This document shows, piece after piece, positions 7,676 through 13,223 of a stretch of 13,223 nucleotides of DNA (position 1 is the stretch's first letter; every line of letters starts with the position of its first letter). The DNA comes from Thermovirgaceae bacterium. GTDB taxonomy: Bacteria > Synergistota > Synergistia > Synergistales > Thermovirgaceae. A model generated the notes under the pieces. It made no database searches. It was not told the DNA's origin and worked only from the letters and a program-made list of their open reading frames with translations. Made by a program: the position numbers and the translations under genes. The stretch spans positions 1 to 13,223 of the forward strand of contig JBKHBH010000056.1 of assembly GCA_046542505.1 (NCBI GenBank). Direction: 5' to 3'.

Positions 7676-9562
7676 TCATTGTCTCTTCCGGAGCGGGATT
7701 GTCATATCCGTCCAGGCAAGAATTCTTCTGGTCACCGACTGGAACGATTCAAAGGCATCTCCGTCGGTTCCGTCCGAAGTCGCCACAATCTTGTACCCGC
7801 CTTCTACAATTCGCTTTCTTGTGTTGTGTTCCATTTCCTCTGTCAAAACGACACCTCTGTTTCTCGAAGGCCGCATGTTCGGCAGAGCCACTACATCGTA
7901 GCCTTCCGGCAACTTGAGAACGGCATTTTCTTCATAGACCAAAGGATGCCGCAATGACATGCCATTACCGTTTTGGGAGACGGCATCGAGCTGCCATGGC
8001 ATGACCACCACGGGCCATCTGGCGAGAATATCCCCTCCGGCTACAATCCCGATGGATGTCCTGAAGGGAACCGCAATGTCAAAACCGGTACTCCTCTCTT
8101 TGATGCGTGCCTCACCCCAGCTGATATCAGAAGTGTTCGGAAACAAAAGATCTTCAAAAAAACCGGGAAGTTCGCTCTCGGTTGGCAACTGTCCACCACT
8201 CAGGGCATGCAGCCATCCACCTCGAAGTCGGAGACTCAGATCGCCTGAGGCATTCCCTCGGTTATCCATTTCCAGAGACCATCGGATGGAAAGACGATGG
8301 TCTTTGGCCTCGCCTGCCGGAACGGCAAGGCTTTCAAGTCGGCCACTTTCTGTTTTATACAGTGTCCTGCCCCACAGAATTGGCGGCATCGAACCGGCGG
8401 GAAGGCTCTGGCCGACGTGGAAGAAAAAATCCTGACCCGAAGGGGGCGTAAGGAGAAGAGAGGGTCCCCTCCACAACTTTCTTGTGGCAGGAACCTTCTT
8501 GCCAAGCCTCACTGCAGGTTCCCACAGGATTTGAGCATTCCACCCCGCCTCTTCCATCCAGTTCTTCAAAAGAAACGTCCCTTCCCACAGGGACCACGGA
8601 CCTTCCGCCGGGATGTCCTTTGCCGCTCGTATGTGATCCTGTGGGAAAACGCGTGAAATCATCTCATCGCCTCGAAAAATATCGATAATGGATTCCCCTG
8701 CCTTTTTAGAAGACCCTTCTGCCAGGAAGCGGCGGATATTCTCCGGAACGGGAACTTCAGAAAAAGCCCTTTCCTCCGCTCGTACCACCTCGACTGCTTT
8801 CCTTGCGCCTTCCTGGAGACTGAAGACAAGAGTCTTCGAGGGCAACTCGAAAAGCCCTTCCGTTTTTCTGGATGGAGTGTCGATAAACGACCAGGTGTAG
8901 GTATCAGTTGGTCCTCCACTGCTCAGGTCAGGCTTTTTGCCTCCGCCGCCGGCTGAAACAAGGGAAAGGCCCCCAGGAACTTCAACGGCTATCTTCTGTT
9001 CCCAGACCGGGAGTCGAAAGTCCAGATCCACCCTGTCCTCGACATTCATACCTGTGGGAAAAACCATTTTGTATCCCGCGACGAGAATCCGGCCTTCCAG
9101 GTTGTTCGGAATCCTGATCTCAACGATTCCACCGTTTTCGGCCCGTGTTTCCGCCGGCTCGATCGATATCACCGGACGGGAGGTTTTCCTGTCGTAGAGA
9201 GCCGCTTCCAGGACTTCACAGCTTCCTCCTGTCGGAGCCACAAGCTGCAGAGACGGCCAGGTCTTTGACAATTCCTTGACCTCTTCGACCATCAGATAGA
9301 CCGTCTTCTCCATGCGGCCGTCCGCACGAAGCCTGTATCTCAAGTCCCGCAAAAGGACAACCCCGTTATCCTCATCGTACATGTCAACCGACGGGGCCTC
9401 CCTGAGGACTCCCGGTAAAGTTTCGGCCACATCCATTGCGTCTGCACTTCCCGACGCCAAAAGGCACCAACATATAACGAACGCTGCGCACAGAAAAACA
9501 GGGACAGAACCTCTGGCTCGCCTCTTCACTCCGGTCACCATTCCTTCCACGGGCCTTTGCAT
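7676..9562 (-). CDS. Exported DUF3857 / transglutaminase-like fold protein (start uncertain)
   Basis: Long ORF between secA and argS. Signal-peptide-like KRRARGSVPVFLCAAFVICWCLLASGSADA. N-terminal region (YDEDNGVVLLRDLRYRLRADGRMEKTVY, IRIPNNLEGRIL, LPVWEQKIAVEVPGG, TYTWSF) is DUF3857-like, and the C-terminal beta region (LRHPLVYEENAVLKLPEGY) is DUF3858-like. The track start at 9700 overlaps secA by 131 nt; the first ATG after the secA stop is 9562, with alternatives at 9541 and GTG 9529. The family call is by motif resemblance only. Confidence 0.7.
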   Translation of the reverse strand: MQRPVEGMVTGVKRRARGSVPVFLCAAFVICWCLLASGSADAMDVAETLPGVLREAPSVDMYDEDNGVVLLRDLRYRLRADGRMEKTVYLMVEEVKELSKTWPSLQLVAPTGGSCEVLEAALYDRKTSRPVISIEPAETRAENGGIVEIRIPNNLEGRILVAGYKMVFPTGMNVEDRVDLDFRLPVWEQKIAVEVPGGLSLVSAGGGGKKPDLSSGGPTDTYTWSFIDTPSRKTEGLFELPSKTLVFSLQEGARKAVEVVRAEERAFSEVPVPENIRRFLAEGSSKKAGESIIDIFRGDEMISRVFPQDHIRAAKDIPAEGPWSLWEGTFLLKNWMEEAGWNAQILWEPAVRLGKKVPATRKLWRGPSLLLTPPSGQDFFFHVGQSLPAGSMPPILWGRTLYKTESGRLESLAVPAGEAKDHRLSIRWSLEMDNRGNASGDLSLRLRGGWLHALSGGQLPTESELPGFFEDLLFPNTSDISWGEARIKERSTGFDIAVPFRTSIGIVAGGDILARWPVVVMPWQLDAVSQNGNGMSLRHPLVYEENAVLKLPEGYDVVALPNMRPSRNRGVVLTEEMEHNTRKRIVEGGYKIVATSDGTDGDAFESFQSVTRRILAWTDMTIPLRKRQ

Positions 9563-9569
9563 TCCCGTC

Positions 9570-12260
9570 TTAAGTGTTTTTCCCGCAACAGTGCTTGTAT
9601 TTTTTCCCGCTGCCGCACGGGCAGGGGTCATTCCTTCCGATTTTCTTGCCCTTTCGGACAGGCTGCGGTTTTCCCTGTCCATGGCCTGCCGATGCTCCAT
9701 CGGTCCCGCCGGTTTTTTTCAGCACGCTGTCCAGCGAGGCCGACTCTCGGGAATGCTCGAGATGCTTGCTCCTTTCGGTCTTTGCCGTTTCATCCACAAC
9801 GGACACCCGGAACAGGTATTCCGCGACAGTCCTTCTCACCCTGCTCATCATTTCCTGAAAGAGATTATAAGATTCAAACTGGTACTCAAGAAGCGGGTCC
9901 TTCTGGCCTATGGCACGGAGTCCGATGCCCCGCCTGAGTTCGTCCATGGCGAGAAGATGTTCCTTCCAGGCGCTGTCCAGAACGTGAAGAATAACGAACC
10001 GTGCCATGGCATTGGCCGTTTCCCTTCCCATTTCCTCGATTTTTTTGTCCAGTCTTTCCCTGAGCATCCTCCGGAAGGATTCCGCTGCCCGCTCAAGGTC
10101 CTCGTGCGTCTCTATTCCCTCAAGCGCTTTCTCGTCTCCCGGTCGGAAGGTGCTTTTGATCGCGACTTTCGCCGCCTCAATCTGAGGGTCCTCCCCTTCC
10201 GGAAAACACCCTTCGAGGATTCCGGACACGGCGTCATCAACAATCTGTCGCGCATACTCAAGAACATCGGTCTCCGTCAGGATCTTTCGACGCTCTTCGT
10301 AAACGGCTTCCCGTTGCTGGTTCATGACGTTGTCGTACATCAAAAGCTGTCGCCTGATGTCGAAATGATATTGTTCCACGCGTTTCTGGGCGGACTCGAT
10401 GGCCCGGCTCAACAGGCCGTGCTCGATGGCTTCCCCTTCCTCCATTCCGAGTTTGCCCATGAGACCCTCGATCTTGTCTGATCCGAAAAGACGCAACAGG
10501 TCATCTTCGAGAGAAAGGTAAAACCGACTGCTGCCGGGATCGCCCTGTCGTCCGCTCCGGCCCCTGAGTTGATTGTCTATGCGCCTCGATTCATGGCGTT
10601 CCGTTCCGATGATCTTGAGGCCCCCGAGCTCGACGACTTTCTCATGTTCCTGCTCGCAGGTTGTCTTCTTCTTTTCAAGGAGCTGCCTGAACTCTGCGGG
10701 TTTCCCGTCGAAGTCGAGATCTTTTCTGTCGGCCTCTTCCCTCGCAAGAGATTCCGGATGGCCGCCGAGAACAATATCCGTCCCCCGCCCGGCCATATTT
10801 GTCGCAACCGTCACCGCCTGGAGCCGGCCGGCCTGAGAAACGATCTGTGCTTCCCGCTCGTGGTGCTTCGCATTCAAAACGTTGTGGGTGATCTTCCGTG
10901 CCTTGAGAATCTTGCTGAGGCGCTCCGAGCTTTCTATGGACGTGGTCCCTATAAGGACTGGCTGCCCCTTTTTGAACGTTTCTTCCACCTCGTCGGCGAC
11001 GGCGTTGTATTTCTCCTTTTTTGTCCTGTAAATGGCGTCAGCATAGTCTTCCCTGATCATCGGCTTGTGGGTCGGAATCACCACAACCTCCAAGCCGTAT
11101 ATTTCCTTGAATTCCTCTTCCTCAGTTGCCGCCGTTCCCGTCATGCCTGCGACCTTGTCGTACATTCTGACGTAATTCTGCAGGGTAATCGTCGCAAGGG
11201 TCTGGTTTTCTCTTCCCACCTGGACTCTCTCCTTGGCCTCGATCGCCTGATGAAGCCCGTCGGAATATCGCCTGCCGAACATGAGCCGTCCCGTGAATTC
11301 GTCCACGATGACGATTTCCCCGTCCTTGATCACGTAGTGGACGTCCTTTTCGAAAAGGTGGTGGGCCTTGAGTGACTGGACGATGCGGTGTCCCAGTTCT
11401 GAATGCTGATATTCCGTAAAAAGCTGGGGAACGGCAAGGATTCGTTCACAGGCCGCAATGCCTTTTTCTGTCAGCGCCACATTGCGTTCCTTCTCGTCCA
11501 GTTCAAAATCCACATCTTTTTTCAGTTTGCGTGCCACATCGTCGGCGCGCTTGTATACCTCGACGTTGTCCTCGGAAGGTCCGGAAATGATCAACGGCGT
11601 TCTCGCCTCGTCGATGAGGATGGAGTCCACTTCATCCAGGATGATGTAGGCGTGGTCCCGCTGCACTATCTGTGACGCATTCAGGGCCATGTTGTCCCGC
11701 AGGTAGTCGAAGCCGAATTCCGTGTTGGTTCCATAGGTTACGTCCGCCTGATAGGCCTTCATCCGTTCCTGCTGGTCCATGAAGGCATATACAACCCCGA
11801 CGGAAAGACCAAGAAACCGGTAGATCGGCCCCATCCATTCGGCATCGCGGTTCGCCAGATAATCGTTGACGGTGACCAGGTGCACTCCTCTGCCTTTGAG
11901 TGCGTTCAGGACCACGGCAAGGGTGGCGACAAGGGTTTTGCCCTCGCCGGTTTTCATCTCGGCGATCTTCCCCTCGTGGAGAGCAATGCCTCCGGCAATC
12001 TGCACGTCGAAATGCCGGAGACCCGTGGTTCGTCGTGAAACTTCCCTCACTGCGGCAAAGACCTCGGGGAGCAGCTCGTCAAGGCTTTCTCCCGAAAGCG
12101 CTCTTTCCCGAAAGAATTTCCCGAGTGCAGCGAGTTCTTCGTCGCTGTATTGCTGCATTCGCGGTTCAAGAGCGTTGATCTTTTCGACGGTTTTCATGTA
12201 CCGTCTGAGCAAACGCTCGTTTTTGTCGAATCCAAGTTTTTTCCTGATGCTTTCCAGCAT
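9570..12260 (-). CDS. secA: Preprotein translocase ATPase SecA
   Basis: 896 aa from ATG 12260 (GAGGTG SD 6 nt upstream). AEMKTGEGKTL, TVNDYLA, DEVDSILIDEARTPLIISG, ATNMAGRGTDI, RRIDNQLRGRSGRQGDPG and C-terminal SEC-C GRNDPCPCGSGKKYKHCCG. Confidence 0.98.
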   Translation of the reverse strand: MLESIRKKLGFDKNERLLRRYMKTVEKINALEPRMQQYSDEELAALGKFFRERALSGESLDELLPEVFAAVREVSRRTTGLRHFDVQIAGGIALHEGKIAEMKTGEGKTLVATLAVVLNALKGRGVHLVTVNDYLANRDAEWMGPIYRFLGLSVGVVYAFMDQQERMKAYQADVTYGTNTEFGFDYLRDNMALNASQIVQRDHAYIILDEVDSILIDEARTPLIISGPSEDNVEVYKRADDVARKLKKDVDFELDEKERNVALTEKGIAACERILAVPQLFTEYQHSELGHRIVQSLKAHHLFEKDVHYVIKDGEIVIVDEFTGRLMFGRRYSDGLHQAIEAKERVQVGRENQTLATITLQNYVRMYDKVAGMTGTAATEEEEFKEIYGLEVVVIPTHKPMIREDYADAIYRTKKEKYNAVADEVEETFKKGQPVLIGTTSIESSERLSKILKARKITHNVLNAKHHEREAQIVSQAGRLQAVTVATNMAGRGTDIVLGGHPESLAREEADRKDLDFDGKPAEFRQLLEKKKTTCEQEHEKVVELGGLKIIGTERHESRRIDNQLRGRSGRQGDPGSSRFYLSLEDDLLRLFGSDKIEGLMGKLGMEEGEAIEHGLLSRAIESAQKRVEQYHFDIRRQLLMYDNVMNQQREAVYEERRKILTETDVLEYARQIVDDAVSGILEGCFPEGEDPQIEAAKVAIKSTFRPGDEKALEGIETHEDLERAAESFRRMLRERLDKKIEEMGRETANAMARFVILHVLDSAWKEHLLAMDELRRGIGLRAIGQKDPLLEYQFESYNLFQEMMSRVRRTVAEYLFRVSVVDETAKTERSKHLEHSRESASLDSVLKKTGGTDGASAGHGQGKPQPVRKGKKIGRNDPCPCGSGKKYKHCCGKNT

Positions 12261-12311
12261 TGGGTTCACCTCTGTCAAGGATGGGGAAGCCTGAAAGGGG
12301 TTCAATGTTTG

Positions 12312-12340
12312 ATTATATGCCGGGGGCCATGTACCGTCAA
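12312..12340 (-). promoter_or_regulatory. Sigma70-type promoter for secA
   Basis: Minus strand TTGACG (12340-12335), 17 nt spacer, TATAAT (12317-12312). 11 of 12 consensus positions match. Confidence 0.85.
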
Positions 12341-12370
12341 AAGGCACGGAACCCGAGGGTTCCGTGCCTT
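12339..12370 (-). terminator. Intrinsic terminator of the lyase gene
   Basis: Perfect 14-bp inverted repeat AAGGCACGGAACCC-TC-GGGTTCCGTGCCTT (12370-12341), starting 1 nt after the stop codon and ending in CCTTTTG. Confidence 0.85.
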
Positions 12371-12371
12371 G

Positions 12372-13223
12372 TCAAGACACCTGAAGCGGTACGGGGTGCA
12401 GCTTTGCGAGAAAATGCTTGAGGCCCTTGACTGCAGGGGCCTTGACGACCGCCAGCCCGTAATCGACCTGATCCCTTCGTTTGTAAACGTCAATAATTTT
12501 CGACGCTACATATTCGATATGGCTGTTGGTGTAGGTCCTTCTGTTAACTGCAAGCCTGTAAAGCTCAAGTTTCGGCGGAACGATCTTTCCTGTGCTTTCG
12601 TCCTCAATGGCGAATGCAAGCGCACCCAGCCCGATCCCCCTGACGGCTCCCTCCCTGTAGACTTCTACGGAAAGGACATCGGCGGGATATTTCATCTGTG
12701 GGATGTGCGGAAAGAACGCCGCGGCATCAACGAATACCGCATGTCCCCCCGCAGGCTTGACGAGGGGAATTCCTTCCGCATCAAGCAAATCCGCCAGCTG
12801 CCTGATTTGTCCCACCCTGTGGCCCAGATAGGCTTCGTCGGTCATTTCTCTCAGGCCCACTGCGAGAGCTTCAAGATCGCGACCGGCAAGACCTCCGTAA
12901 GTCGCAAAACCTTCAAAGAGAATGACTCTGGGAAGGAGCCTGTGATACATTTCCTCTGTTCTGCAACAGATCATCCCTCCGATGTTAACGAGCGGATCTT
13001 TCTTGCAGGAAACTGTAATGCCGTCCGCCGTATCCATCATTGCCATCAGGATCTCCTTCACGGACATGGAAGAACATTCACTCTCCCGCATTTTGATAAA
13101 CCAGGCGTTTTCAGCCATGCGCGCCGCATCAAGGAAAAGTGGGATATCATGCTTTTTCGCTATCCGCGAAACCTCCCTGAGGTTTTTCAGGCTGACGGGT
13201 TGTCCGCCTCCAGAATTGTTAGT
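12372..13223 (-). CDS. tnaA: Tryptophanase / tyrosine phenol-lyase family PLP-dependent beta-eliminating lyase; 5'-truncated by the window edge
   Basis: The frame stays open to the right edge: TNNSGGGQPVSLKNLREVSRIAKKHDIPLFLDAARMAENAWFIK, PLP-lysine motif SCKKDPLVNIGG, EGFATYGGLAGRD, GGHAVFVDA, ELYRLAVNRRTYT, and C-terminal LKHFLAKL (His as in tryptophanase). The family is secure; the substrate and gene symbol are not. Confidence 0.75.
   Translation of the reverse strand, partial: TNNSGGGQPVSLKNLREVSRIAKKHDIPLFLDAARMAENAWFIKMRESECSSMSVKEILMAMMDTADGITVSCKKDPLVNIGGMICCRTEEMYHRLLPRVILFEGFATYGGLAGRDLEALAVGLREMTDEAYLGHRVGQIRQLADLLDAEGIPLVKPAGGHAVFVDAAAFFPHIPQMKYPADVLSVEVYREGAVRGIGLGALAFAIEDESTGKIVPPKLELYRLAVNRRTYTNSHIEYVASKIIDVYKRRDQVDYGLAVVKAPAVKGLKHFLAKLHPVPLQVS

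Noticed and set aside
9563..9700. N-terminal extension of the DUF3857-like ORF overlapping the secA 3' end (possible dual coding or frameshift fusion)
   Set aside because: SecA ends normally with SEC-C and a stop. The extension would bury the signal peptide, and in-frame starts exist just after the secA stop.
9312..11375. Long plus-strand ORFs of 389 aa (9312..10481) and 268 aa (10569..11375)
   Set aside because: They lie antisense to secA and the adjacent gene. Such stop-poor shadows are expected from codon bias at this GC content, and they show no protein motifs.
12261..12347. 29-aa N-terminal extension of SecA in the ORF track
   Set aside because: It would begin inside the terminator, upstream of the promoter. 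ATG 12260 has a well-spaced SD and gives a typical SecA N-terminus.
1..13223. CRISPR arrays, IS elements, tRNA/rRNA, DnaA-box clusters or tandem repeats
   Set aside because: The window is almost fully covered by identifiable CDSs, the largest gaps are about 110 nt, and I found no periodic repeats or terminal inverted repeats by eye.

Overview
A gene-dense bacterial housekeeping region, moderately GC-rich, with every real gene on the minus strand. In transcription order (right to left): a divergent tryptophanase/tyrosine phenol-lyase family PLP enzyme (5' end outside the window), terminator and sigma70 promoter, secA, an exported DUF3857/transglutaminase-like protein, argS, an FtsB/DivIC-like gene, sigma70 promoter and S6:S18-type leader, rpsF, ssb, rpsR, a hairpin, yybS, rplI, dnaB, and an O-antigen ligase/O-oligosaccharyltransferase-like membrane protein (3' end outside the window, absent from the ORF track; I translated it by hand). 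Gene order and protein style suggest Synergistota, which is inference only. I saw no mobile elements, CRISPR arrays, tRNA or rRNA. No clearly novel multi-gene system is demonstrated. The best leads are the PglL-like glycosyltransferase behind dnaB, the apparently catalytically dead DUF3857 protein behind secA, the lyase with altered specificity motifs, and yybS without gdpP.
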